Virus record (IMG/VR): IMGVR_UViG_3300031088_000782
Coordinates: 64,001 to 128,000 of that record
Source of the DNA: a virus
Lineage: Duplodnaviria > Caudoviricetes
Length of the DNA stretch: 64,000 nucleotides
Reading direction: 5' to 3' (one strand)
The notes beneath the pieces were generated by a model, which was not told the origin of the DNA, ran no database searches, and saw only the letters and a list, made by a program, of their open reading frames with translations. The position numbers and the translations under genes are program-made. Shown here one piece after another: positions 27,998 to 36,170 of the stretch (position 1 is the stretch's first letter; every line of letters begins with the position of its first letter).

Positions 27998-28802
27998 TTA
28001 TAAAAAAGAGGAGATCCTTATAACTCACATAACAGAAGATAGAATTTTAGATATATTTAAATCCAATACTGATATGAGAAAAAGATATTTTTCAAATTTT
28101 AGATTAATGTTAATTGAAGATTTTTATGTTTTAACTACCATTAATACTTCTAATAATATAAAAAAAACTTACTTTAATAAAAATATAAGAAAAGAAAAGA
28201 ACTTTATTTTAGGTTCAATCGAAAAAGAATATGGTACTATCTCTCTTTACAAAAAAAACGAAAATTCTAAATTTTCGCTACATACGAGATTAAATAATAT
28301 TGATAACATTAACTATACAATTTTAGATAGAGTTCAAATGATTTTTGCGGGGGAATGCATTGACGATTTAACTTCTGATTTAGAAAGAAATCTATTTGAA
28401 TACAATTTAGATGTTTATTTTGGAAGTGCTGGGGAATGGTTGAATATTTATCCTAGTGAGATTGTTAAGGAAGAAATTGTTGAGCATAAAGATCTTATTA
28501 TTGATTTTTGCGATAAAAGAGATTTAGTGTTTTGTTATTCAGAAAAATATGAATATGACAAAAAACTTAAAAAACATGTTCAAAAAATTGATTCTATTGA
28601 TCCAAAGTTAGGATTCATTAAAAAAGAATCATTTGATGACTGGATTTCAATGGATGTATTCACACCAAAAACTATAACAAATGATGGAATTTTTTATCAA
28701 TATAGAACAGTTAGAGAAAAAGAAAAAGATGAATTTTTAATAGAACATATTTTTGTTCAACAGTTTAAAAACTTTAAAACAAAAATTAAAAACATTGAAT
28801 AA
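27933..28802 (+). CDS. Hypothetical protein, candidate immunity protein
   Basis: GGAG RBS; directly downstream of the toxin tip; very AT-rich. Function inferred from position only. Confidence 0.55.
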   Translation: MKIFLLSFMDLMYAIYFILKFNYKKEEILITHITEDRILDIFKSNTDMRKRYFSNFRLMLIEDFYVLTTINTSNNIKKTYFNKNIRKEKNFILGSIEKEYGTISLYKKNENSKFSLHTRLNNIDNINYTILDRVQMIFAGECIDDLTSDLERNLFEYNLDVYFGSAGEWLNIYPSEIVKEEIVEHKDLIIDFCDKRDLVFCYSEKYEYDKKLKKHVQKIDSIDPKLGFIKKESFDDWISMDVFTPKTITNDGIFYQYRTVREKEKDEFLIEHIFVQQFKNFKTKIKNIE

Positions 28803-28863
28803 ACAAATACGAATGGTTGTTGAAAAAATTAGAAAATAGTTCAATAACCATTCGTATTTGTTT
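28801..28863 (+). terminator. Long (probably bidirectional) terminator hairpin
   Basis: 24-bp stem aaacaaatacgaatggttgttgaa / ttcaataaccattcgtatttgttt between convergent genes. Confidence 0.85.
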
Positions 28864-28934
28864 TTTTAAAATAAGATTATAGATATGGGATGTTTTTATC
28901 CATTTGTTTTATTGTATGTGAAAGTTGATTTTTT

Positions 28935-29120
28935 TCAATTGGAGAATTTTTGATTTTTTAATCCGCCTTCTTCTCTGCAATCTTTTGTTGAAAGTTTTGA
29001 ACTGCTGATGTTGGTTTTATCATTGGAATTAATGGATGAAGCAGTTGCTTGTTGTATAGAAGAATTTGTCAATGTTAAGGATAGTATTATCAGTGATGTT
29101 ATTTTAATAATATTCTTCAT
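28935..29120 (-). CDS. Short secreted peptide or truncated remnant of a secreted protein
   Basis: AAAGGAG RBS and signal-peptide-like N-terminus (MKNIIKITSLIILSLTLTNSSIQQATA); only 61 aa. Confidence 0.5.
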   Translation of the reverse strand: MKNIIKITSLIILSLTLTNSSIQQATASSINSNDKTNISSSKLSTKDCREEGGLKNQKFSN

Positions 29121-29252
29121 TGCGAAAAACTCCTTTTATGATTAGAGAAACAAGATGAATAATATTTTTATATCGTTATATTTTAATTCACGTTCGATAA
29201 TTCATTTAGAAAAGATTTCATAATTGTTTAACAAATCGGTAGGAGAATAGTA

Positions 29253-30521
29253 ATGACTAAATTTCATGTGAATGTTGAGACTGGTGCCATTGGTAGGTGC
29301 GAAGCTGAAGCTGGAAACTGCCCTGTTACGGGTGAAAGCAATCATGGAGGAAATCTGCAGGAAGCGAAGCAGATTCTCGAAACTCGAATGAAAGAGAAGC
29401 ATGGTGGAAGTTTCGGGAACTCTTTGCAAAAGAAAGATAGAATTGCTGCTGTTAAGACTCGCAAATCTGTTGATGTGACTACTGATGAAATCGCAGGGCA
29501 GAAGCTTTCTAAAAGAGAAGCCGAATTCAGGTCTCGTTTTGCTGAAATGTCTGCTGATGTTGTTGCTTTGAGGGCAAAATTAGGAGATCTTTCTGTTGAT
29601 CAGGAGAAGGGGGATCCAGTTAGAGCACAAGAGTCTCTGAGAAATGCTATTTCTTTTGCTACTACTCGTGGAAACACTCATATCATGGAAAAATTGGCAA
29701 AAGCAAAAGCTATGACAACTAGTGTTATTCGCACAAACAGCGGCGATAAAATTTACTCTGATGATCTGTCTGATGTTGATAGGGCTGTGAAACACATTGA
29801 AGATGGTAGAGAATCTATCCAAGCTTCTGTTATGGCTTTGACTGATGCTCCTGTTGGAAAATATACTGAGAAAACAAAAGAGGGGACTTTCAGTATCACC
29901 GTTTCTGATGATGGAGTTAATAAAGATGAGTTTGACAAGCTTCCAGAAGATGTGAGGCAGCAGATTTCTAAGCCGAGAGAGAATTTGAGTATTGATTTAG
30001 CGCGAGATAATTTGTCGCAGGAAGATTATAATAAAATTGTTAGTCAAATTCAGGTTTTGGATTATGTAAATGGTCGACCTCGTGACATTGGATTGCAGAA
30101 TGTTCCTGTTAAAACGCAACTGTCTGGTAGTAATGACGCTGAGAAAGCACAGGATGGGGCAAGAAGTTTGGCTAATCTTTATGGAGCTTCTAAAAAACAG
30201 TTCGGGGCTAATTTCAAGGATCTGAAAAAGCAGAAAGACGAAATGTCTACTACTGTTAAACAGGCAGCTATGATCAACAGCCAGACAGAAAACACTTACA
30301 TTCCTGGTCGTTCCCGTCACAATGGTTTGATTGTCAGCGGGAGACAGAACATCAATACTAAGGTTGCTCGTGAAGTTCTGTCGAAAGAAAAACTCGATTC
30401 TATCACTAACGTCAGCCATGTCCCTGATATTGAAAAAGCAAAAGAAGTTCTTTCTGCAGAAACTTTTGATAAAATATTTAAGAATAGGAAAGTTTCTTTG
30501 AGAGTCACTGAGGCTTCTTGA
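29253..30521 (+). CDS. Hypothetical protein with N-terminal His/Cys module and internal helical repeats
   Basis: KFHVNVETGAIGRCEAEAGNCP...NH; repeats of the type IDLARDNLS / TKVAREVLS / IEKAKEVLS; AGGAG RBS. Confidence 0.8.
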   Translation: MTKFHVNVETGAIGRCEAEAGNCPVTGESNHGGNLQEAKQILETRMKEKHGGSFGNSLQKKDRIAAVKTRKSVDVTTDEIAGQKLSKREAEFRSRFAEMSADVVALRAKLGDLSVDQEKGDPVRAQESLRNAISFATTRGNTHIMEKLAKAKAMTTSVIRTNSGDKIYSDDLSDVDRAVKHIEDGRESIQASVMALTDAPVGKYTEKTKEGTFSITVSDDGVNKDEFDKLPEDVRQQISKPRENLSIDLARDNLSQEDYNKIVSQIQVLDYVNGRPRDIGLQNVPVKTQLSGSNDAEKAQDGARSLANLYGASKKQFGANFKDLKKQKDEMSTTVKQAAMINSQTENTYIPGRSRHNGLIVSGRQNINTKVAREVLSKEKLDSITNVSHVPDIEKAKEVLSAETFDKIFKNRKVSLRVTEAS

Positions 30522-30550
30522 TTTATCAATTATCGTGAAAGTTATGAAAG

Positions 30551-30820
30551 GTGAATGTTATGGAAAATGATGCATTTGTGAAGACTCTTGTTTATGATTA
30601 TGTAGATAATGGGTATGGTGAAAAAGTTGATGATTCCACTATTCGTTCTTCAGTGAATGATAATGAGTTGTCTTTTGAACCACTTGCTGATGAGGATGGA
30701 AAGACTGTTGGTATTAATGTGTTTACTAATGGTGTTATGACTGTTTCGGCTAAATACACCGATAAAGATTTTGTAGAGACAGTAAATCTTTCAGTTCTTT
30801 CAGATTTGGGTGTTCTCTGA
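30551..30820 (+). CDS. Small acidic hypothetical protein
   Basis: 89-aa ORF; ATG 30560 with AAAGGTG RBS is the likelier start. Confidence 0.65.
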   Translation: MNVMENDAFVKTLVYDYVDNGYGEKVDDSTIRSSVNDNELSFEPLADEDGKTVGINVFTNGVMTVSAKYTDKDFVETVNLSVLSDLGVL

Positions 30821-30845
30821 CATTCCTGATTGTGTTATATTTTTT

Positions 30846-30891
30846 ATTCCCTCCGTAGATATTATTTTTATATAGTATTTGCGGAGGGAAT
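30846..30891 (+). terminator. Hairpin containing a GATATT motif
   Basis: attccctccg / cggagggaat outer stem plus T-run; GATATT at 30858, 46 nt before ATG 30904. Confidence 0.7.
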
Positions 30892-30903
30892 TTTAGGTTT
30901 AGA

Positions 30904-31767
30904 ATGAAATATTTACCGTGGAATAGATTACAGCTTGATTCTCAGCTGAACAATGGGAATCGTGTGTCTAAGCAATCTGTAAGTTTCAGTGTTTATCGAA
31001 CTTTTAAAAAGAAAATGAGCTGGACTCCGATGATTATGAACAATGGTGCAGTTTTTTATGGAGAAGATGAGACACAGATTGATGATTTTCTTGAAACTAT
31101 CCTTTCTCAATCGAAAAAATTTGAAGAGTCTGTAACGATAGCCTTATATGACTTGCGAGAGCATCAGAATAACGCTTTTGAGGCTTTAGAATCGAAGTAT
31201 CGAGTATTTGAGTATCATCCTTATAAAAGCGATTTAAAAACGCTGATAAAGGATTTTGTAATTTTCAGAAATGAGATAAAAGAGAAGACTCAGGCGTTGG
31301 GATTGGTTGAATCTCCACATAGAAAAATTTTGATTCCTATATTTTTGTTGGATAATGATCAAGTTTCTGTTTTGAGTAACGACAAGTTAAGTAAAATTTT
31401 TCAACATTTTTTAACAGAATCTTCTTTTGAGCGAATTTTTCCTTTTGTTATTGCTCCTTTTGCTGAATCTTTTCCTGAAGATATTGTTAAAGCTTTTCAA
31501 TGGTCTGCTTTTTTGGGTTCAGATAACGCTTCTGTGTGCAGAAAAAAAATATATCCTGACAAAGAGGATAGTTTTTACAGTATTCGGCAAATAGTTATTG
31601 GAACTCTTTACACACGTTTGACTGCACGATTGACAGTTATTCATCCTTATAAGTTTACTCCGTCTGAATATTATTTCAAAAAGGAGCAGCAACTCAAAGA
31701 TGAGGACGAAAATTACAATAAGTTTCTTGATATGTTAGATGATGGAACAGTTAGAGATAGGGTTTGA
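30904..31767 (+). CDS. Hypothetical protein resembling a catalytically degenerate FtsK-like P-loop domain
   Basis: Motif order (AVFYGEDETQ, IALYDLR, EIKEK, IFLLDND, IFPFVIA) follows the FtsK layout but GKS and DE are absent. Confidence 0.5.
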   Translation: MKYLPWNRLQLDSQLNNGNRVSKQSVSFSVYRTFKKKMSWTPMIMNNGAVFYGEDETQIDDFLETILSQSKKFEESVTIALYDLREHQNNAFEALESKYRVFEYHPYKSDLKTLIKDFVIFRNEIKEKTQALGLVESPHRKILIPIFLLDNDQVSVLSNDKLSKIFQHFLTESSFERIFPFVIAPFAESFPEDIVKAFQWSAFLGSDNASVCRKKIYPDKEDSFYSIRQIVIGTLYTRLTARLTVIHPYKFTPSEYYFKKEQQLKDEDENYNKFLDMLDDGTVRDRV

Positions 31768-32396
31768 AAATGAGTATGAAAAAGTTTGGGGATTTAGAGG
31801 TCGGTGACGTTATTCTTGGTGCTGATAATCAAGATGTTGAGGTTGTCAAAGTTTATGATGAACATATTCCCGAAAAAATGTATGAGATTGAACTGGATAA
31901 TGGTGAGGTTGTTAAAGCTTCTGGAAATCATCTCTGGTATGTTGAAACAGATTTTGATAAAAGTTTTCATAGAGAGCGAAAAAGGCTGGGCAAAAAACAT
32001 TTCGGAAAGTTAAATAGTGAGATTATGGATAATTTAGTATCCATTTCTGAAAGCGAAGATGAAATAGAAACAGGACTTTTGGATGTTGTTAATCTTTGCG
32101 AAATTGATTTGACCAACTATGAAGCAATAAATGTTTTAGAGAGAATTGCTGCATCTTTGGGGCATGTTGCCGAAAATGATTCAGAGCATATTGATTATCT
32201 TACCGGCGAATCAATGAATAAAAAAGAGGCGGTTCGTTCTTATGATGCTAAACTTTTCACACAACAGGTTCTTTCTATTACGGGAAAGAAGCCTTTTGTG
32301 AAAAAATACCCGTTGATTGTTGGACGAATTATGAATACTGAACAGATGATTGAATATGGAGACGGATTAGAGATTCCTACATTAAATAAACTTTAA
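31764..32396 (+). CDS. Stand-alone intein (HINT) middle fragment lacking block A and blocks F/G
   Basis: MSMKKFGDLEVGDVILGADNQDVEVVKV...MYEIELDNGEVVKASGNHLWYVET aligns with the DnaB intein TTMGELNIGDKVLGRDG...CYHVIFNNGETITADADHRWITET; ends IMNTEQMIEYGDGLEIPTLNKL; likely start ATG 31770. Confidence 0.85.
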   Translation: MKMSMKKFGDLEVGDVILGADNQDVEVVKVYDEHIPEKMYEIELDNGEVVKASGNHLWYVETDFDKSFHRERKRLGKKHFGKLNSEIMDNLVSISESEDEIETGLLDVVNLCEIDLTNYEAINVLERIAASLGHVAENDSEHIDYLTGESMNKKEAVRSYDAKLFTQQVLSITGKKPFVKKYPLIVGRIMNTEQMIEYGDGLEIPTLNKL

Positions 32397-32519
32397 CAAG
32401 TTTCTGTTTCAATTGTTTCGACCCTATTGCTCAAATTTCAGTGATATTTGTTTATAGGTACAGTTTTTGTTAAAATTATATAAACAGTATATTTTATATA
32501 TTCTCAGGAGGGAATTTAT

Positions 32520-33188
32520 ATGAGTTATCATTCTTCGAATTATTCATCTACACAATCATTAGAGAACAATGGTTTTTACAGCAAAGTAATGTCATGGTTA
32601 GCTTTATCGTTCGGCGTGGCAGCGGTTGGCGTTTTTCTGATTGGGCCATTAGTCCCTCCCGCTTTTATTCTTCCTTTATCAATTATTGTAATTGTTGCGC
32701 TTATTGCAGCAAGCTTCTCTCGTAAAATGATGAAACTCAGTGGTCCATTTGCTGTTATCATTCCTTTGCTTTTGGGTGTTACTCTGTATCCTACTTTGAA
32801 TTACTATATTAGTTCGGGAATGGGCAATGTTGTTGGAATGGCGGCTGGCGGAACAGCTGTTGTGTTTGGGACTATGGCGGTTCTTGGCTGGGTAAGCAAA
32901 ATAAGTCTCAACAGCTGGGCACCTAAATTATTCATGATTGTGATGGGATTGATCGCTGTTAGCTTGCTGAATGTATTCTTTTTCAAATTAGCATTTCTTT
33001 CTTTGATTATCTCTATGGTAGTTGTTGTTGTGTTCGCTATTTATACATTTATTGACATTCAAGCAATTAGAGATAGATCTCCTAACAGTGAAGTTCCTGC
33101 ATCATTTTATGCTTTGAATATTTTCTTGGATATTTACAACATTTTTGCTAGTTTGTTGAATATTATCGGATTTTTCAATAGAGCTTAA
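32520..33188 (+). CDS. Bax inhibitor-1/YccA family membrane protein
   Basis: About 7 TM; LGVTLYP, AAGGTAVVFG, FIDIQAI, ALNIFLDIYNIF motifs; AGGAGG RBS. Confidence 0.9.
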   Translation: MSYHSSNYSSTQSLENNGFYSKVMSWLALSFGVAAVGVFLIGPLVPPAFILPLSIIVIVALIAASFSRKMMKLSGPFAVIIPLLLGVTLYPTLNYYISSGMGNVVGMAAGGTAVVFGTMAVLGWVSKISLNSWAPKLFMIVMGLIAVSLLNVFFFKLAFLSLIISMVVVVVFAIYTFIDIQAIRDRSPNSEVPASFYALNIFLDIYNIFASLLNIIGFFNRA

Positions 33189-33217
33189 TTTTAAAAATTA
33201 ACTTAATAAATGATAAG

Positions 33218-33255
33218 TAAGAGAGTCGATCTTTAAAAATAGATCGGCTCTCTTA
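33218..33255 (+). terminator. Terminator-like hairpin
   Basis: taagagagtcgatct / agatcggctctctta. Confidence 0.8.
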
Positions 33256-33286
33256 ATGTTTGTGTTGTTTGTAGATATAATTATTG

Positions 33287-33336
33287 TCTATTCCGGCAAG
33301 TTGTGAATCAGTCAAAAAACTTCTTGCCGGAATAGA
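33287..33336 (-). terminator. Terminator-like hairpin after the minus-strand gene
   Basis: tctattccggcaag / cttgccggaataga, 14-bp perfect stem. Confidence 0.75.
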
Positions 33337-33344
33337 TTTATTTG

Positions 33345-33956
33345 TTAAGAGTCTTTCCAAACATCATCTTCATCATCTTCGAAACTATCTAAAAAGGTAT
33401 CTGTTGAGAAAGACAATTCAGGAAAATGTTTTTCAATTCTTCTATTGATTTCTTCAGTAATCAGAGAGCTAATAGATTCGTCGTTAGTTGTCCAGTATAA
33501 TTCTATTTTTTTGGCTTTTTGTCCGCTTGCTAAATCTGATGTAATCCATATGTCATCACTCAGAGGAAAAGACATAAGATTATCTATCAATTTGTCAAAC
33601 ATGTCATTTTCAGATGAATATTTGACAACAGTTACTAAAAAAGAATTTGGAGTTGACAGGGTCGGATATCCTTCAGAAACAAGTATCTTTTCTGCTCCAA
33701 TGATGAATGAAGCGATAATTCTATGTGTTCCATCTGCAATTTCTTTTACTCCATCATCGCTATAAAGAACAACAGGTTCACGAAATTTTCCTGTTTTAAG
33801 ATACTGGCTTTTCAATTCTTCAATGATTTCATAATCTGTTTCGTTTGATAACATCTGTCTCATTGCATCATCCCAATCTTCATACTGATAGACTGGTTTG
33901 TATTCTTCCATCACTTCAGACAGATTTTTTAAATATATTGTCTGTGAATCAACCAT
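33345..33956 (-). CDS. ParB/sulfiredoxin N-terminal-domain protein
   Basis: FREPVVL...EIADGTHRIIASFIIGAEKILV (DGxHR motif); AAGGCGG RBS. Confidence 0.75.
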   Translation of the reverse strand: MVDSQTIYLKNLSEVMEEYKPVYQYEDWDDAMRQMLSNETDYEIIEELKSQYLKTGKFREPVVLYSDDGVKEIADGTHRIIASFIIGAEKILVSEGYPTLSTPNSFLVTVVKYSSENDMFDKLIDNLMSFPLSDDIWITSDLASGQKAKKIELYWTTNDESISSLITEEINRRIEKHFPELSFSTDTFLDSFEDDEDDVWKDS

Positions 33957-34015
33957 TTTTCCGCCTTTTCTTGAGGGCTTTTGATTTGATTATATCATTT
34001 CTTTGTGTTTGTTTT

Positions 34016-34021
34016 GATATA
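34016..34021 (+). promoter_or_regulatory. GATATW candidate promoter motif
   Basis: GATATA 50 nt before ATG 34066. Confidence 0.4.
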
Positions 34022-34065
34022 TTATTAGTGAAAGTTTGAAAATATTTTTATGAGGAGGGAAAACC

Positions 34066-34284
34066 ATGCTGAACGGTAATGTGAATATTTTGCGTTCTAC
34101 CGATAGCTGGTCTTTCCCTGTTGTATGCGCTGAAAGCGCAGAAAAGGCGCTTTCAGCCGATTTCTCAGCTAATAGAGGAAACCCCTCGGATATCCATTTT
34201 GATCGCTCAGAAGGGAAAATTCAAAACCTCCAGAATTTTAGTTTTTCAACACTTTCATATGTATCAAAAATTTCGCAATATTAG
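34066..34284 (+). CDS. Small ORF (72 aa) within a structured, GC-richer transcription unit
   Basis: Strong GAGGAGG RBS and a downstream terminator; no recognisable domain; may instead be an RNA. Confidence 0.4.
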   Translation: MLNGNVNILRSTDSWSFPVVCAESAEKALSADFSANRGNPSDIHFDRSEGKIQNLQNFSFSTLSYVSKISQY

Positions 34285-34304
34285 ATTAGAAATATTGCGA
34301 AATC

Positions 34305-34353
34305 ACAAGATAAGGAGCAAGTGTTGAAAATATGCACTTGCTCCTTATCTTGT
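34305..34353 (+). terminator. Terminator-like hairpin
   Basis: acaagataaggagcaagtgt / gcacttgctccttatcttgt, 20-bp stem. Confidence 0.85.
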
Positions 34354-34401
34354 TTACATGCAGAAATGTTAGAAAACGTATTACGATAGGAGAAAGAGAA
34401 T

Positions 34402-34458
34402 ATGTTTGACAATGTTGATGAAAATATGATAATGTTAAAGGAAATGGGTATAATTTAG
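34402..34458 (+). CDS. Possible 18-aa peptide MFDNVDENMIMLKEMGII
   Basis: AGGAG 9 nt before the ATG; below the ORF-track size cutoff. Confidence 0.3.
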   Translation: MFDNVDENMIMLKEMGII

Positions 34459-34509
34459 CCCACAAATAGCGTCCTGGTAAAAGACAGGCACGGAAGAGAG
34501 AACAGAAAG

Positions 34510-35049
34510 ATGACAGATGTATTAAGTTTAGAGAAGATACTTACCAAAAACGAGGTAGTGCAGGTTGATTCTTCAATGAAGATCACAAACACTGTCAATT
34601 GGATGACAGCGGCAACAAAAGTGATCTCCAATGATGCGTATATCCTCATTCCTCGCACAAATGGTGAAGTTTTGAGAAGCCCTAGCTTTTCTATGCCTAA
34701 ACCACTTGTCATTGGACTGCATGTTTATGTTCCAGAGCACAAAAAAATCAAAATGGGATTGAACGATCATGTGTCTAAAACTAAGATTCTCATTAGAGAC
34801 GATTGGACTTGTCAGTATTGTGGAGAATACGGTAACACTATTGACCACATCATGCCTAAATCTCGTGGAGGATTAAACACTTGGGGAAATCTTTGTGTAG
34901 CTTGTAGGAAATGCAACGGCTTGAAAAGCAACAGCACCCCACAAGAGATAGGATTCAAAAATCCTATCATTCCAGAAATTTACACACCACCAAACAGAGA
35001 GAACAAATTACAAAAAGCTTTGTATGCTGATCTTGAAGCAATGATGTGA
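34510..35049 (+). CDS. HNH endonuclease (McrA-like)
   Basis: RDDWTCQYCG...TIDHIMPKSRGG...WGNLCVACRKCNGLK. Confidence 0.92.
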   Translation: MTDVLSLEKILTKNEVVQVDSSMKITNTVNWMTAATKVISNDAYILIPRTNGEVLRSPSFSMPKPLVIGLHVYVPEHKKIKMGLNDHVSKTKILIRDDWTCQYCGEYGNTIDHIMPKSRGGLNTWGNLCVACRKCNGLKSNSTPQEIGFKNPIIPEIYTPPNRENKLQKALYADLEAMM

Positions 35050-35070
35050 TAAATAACTCAAAACACTATT

Positions 35071-35109
35071 GAAGAGTGCCGCAATTATTCAAAAATTGCG
35101 GCACTCTTC
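35071..35109 (+). terminator. Terminator-like hairpin
   Basis: gaagagtgccgcaatt / aattgcggcactcttc, 16-bp perfect stem. Confidence 0.85.
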
Positions 35110-35156
35110 TTTAATAATTAGTTAAAACAACAATAATATTTCATATATTTACATTT

Positions 35157-35165
35157 GATATAATG
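35157..35165 (+). promoter_or_regulatory. GATATAAT motif (also an extended -10)
   Basis: TGATATAAT 50 nt before ATG 35207. Confidence 0.6.
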
Positions 35166-35206
35166 AGATTAAATAATTATTGCGAAAAAATTGGAGAAGA
35201 TAAAGT

Positions 35207-36070
35207 ATGTCTAAGGGGTCAAGAACATCAAGGTCGAGAGAACATGCTAGGGAGCAAGCGAGAAAAATTCAGCAAGAAGAAGCTTTGCGCAAAAAACTAA
35301 GTTTTATTGTTCCAGCTATTGTTATCATTCTTGCTATAATTGGTGGTATTTTTCTATTTTCTAATTATGCTGAAGAAAAGAAAACCGAAAAAGAAGCCCA
35401 AACTCAAATGGCGAAGACCAAAGGTGAACAAACAACACCTAAATTCATTGATGAGAAAGGAGCTTTTCATGTATCCGCTAATGGAGTTGAAAAAGATGTA
35501 AAACCTACAGGAAAAACTCGAATGGATATGTTTTTCGATCCACAATGTCCTGCCTGTGGAATGATTGATCGCGGAATCGGTGAAAGAGTAAACGAACTAC
35601 TTGAAAATGATGAAATCGATCTTTATATTTACCCTATTTCTTTCTTGGACCAAACATCATCAGACAATTATTCTTCAAGAGCAGCAAGCGCAGTTGTCAC
35701 AGTTGCCGAGAGATCCCCTGAAAACACAATGAAATTCGTTAATAAAATTTTTGAAGAGGATTTTCAGCCGGGAGAGGGAGCAAGTTATGAATCCGTTTCA
35801 GATAAAGATTTAGCTCAAGCTGCTGTTGAGGTTGGAGTTCCAGAAAATGTTGCGAAAACAATTGAACAAAAAAATTATTTGGATTGGGTTGCCAAGAATT
35901 CCGAAACACAAACTTCCAGAACGGATTATTTCAGTGATGGATTTTCGACTCCAGCAATATTCTTAAACACTGAATATAAAGATGGTCAAGCAACTGATTA
36001 CACAAGAGTAATATTTGACAACAACAATATTCTTCAAACTTTTGATGATGCTATTGCCGAAGCGAAATGA
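35207..36070 (+). CDS. dsbA: Membrane-anchored DsbA/MdbA-type thiol-disulfide oxidoreductase
   Basis: One TM, FFDPQCPAC active site, FSTP cis-Pro loop; actinobacterial-type layout. Confidence 0.9.
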   Translation: MSKGSRTSRSREHAREQARKIQQEEALRKKLSFIVPAIVIILAIIGGIFLFSNYAEEKKTEKEAQTQMAKTKGEQTTPKFIDEKGAFHVSANGVEKDVKPTGKTRMDMFFDPQCPACGMIDRGIGERVNELLENDEIDLYIYPISFLDQTSSDNYSSRAASAVVTVAERSPENTMKFVNKIFEEDFQPGEGASYESVSDKDLAQAAVEVGVPENVAKTIEQKNYLDWVAKNSETQTSRTDYFSDGFSTPAIFLNTEYKDGQATDYTRVIFDNNNILQTFDDAIAEAK

Positions 36071-36107
36071 TTAATTATATTTATTAAATTGATTTTCGAT
36101 AGTTTTT

Positions 36108-36164
36108 AAGATAAGATTGCTGAATATTTGATAATTTTTCGACAATATTCAGCAATCTTATCTT
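36108..36164 (+). terminator. Terminator-like hairpin
   Basis: 21-bp perfect stem aagataagattgctgaatatt / aatattcagcaatcttatctt. Confidence 0.85.
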
Positions 36165-36170
36165 TCTTAT

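Noticed and set aside
22429-31767. Type VII secretion (EccC/EssC) interpretation of the FtsK-like genes
   Set aside because: No WXG100, EccB/D or mycosin genes were recognised; the context fits a conjugative translocase better.
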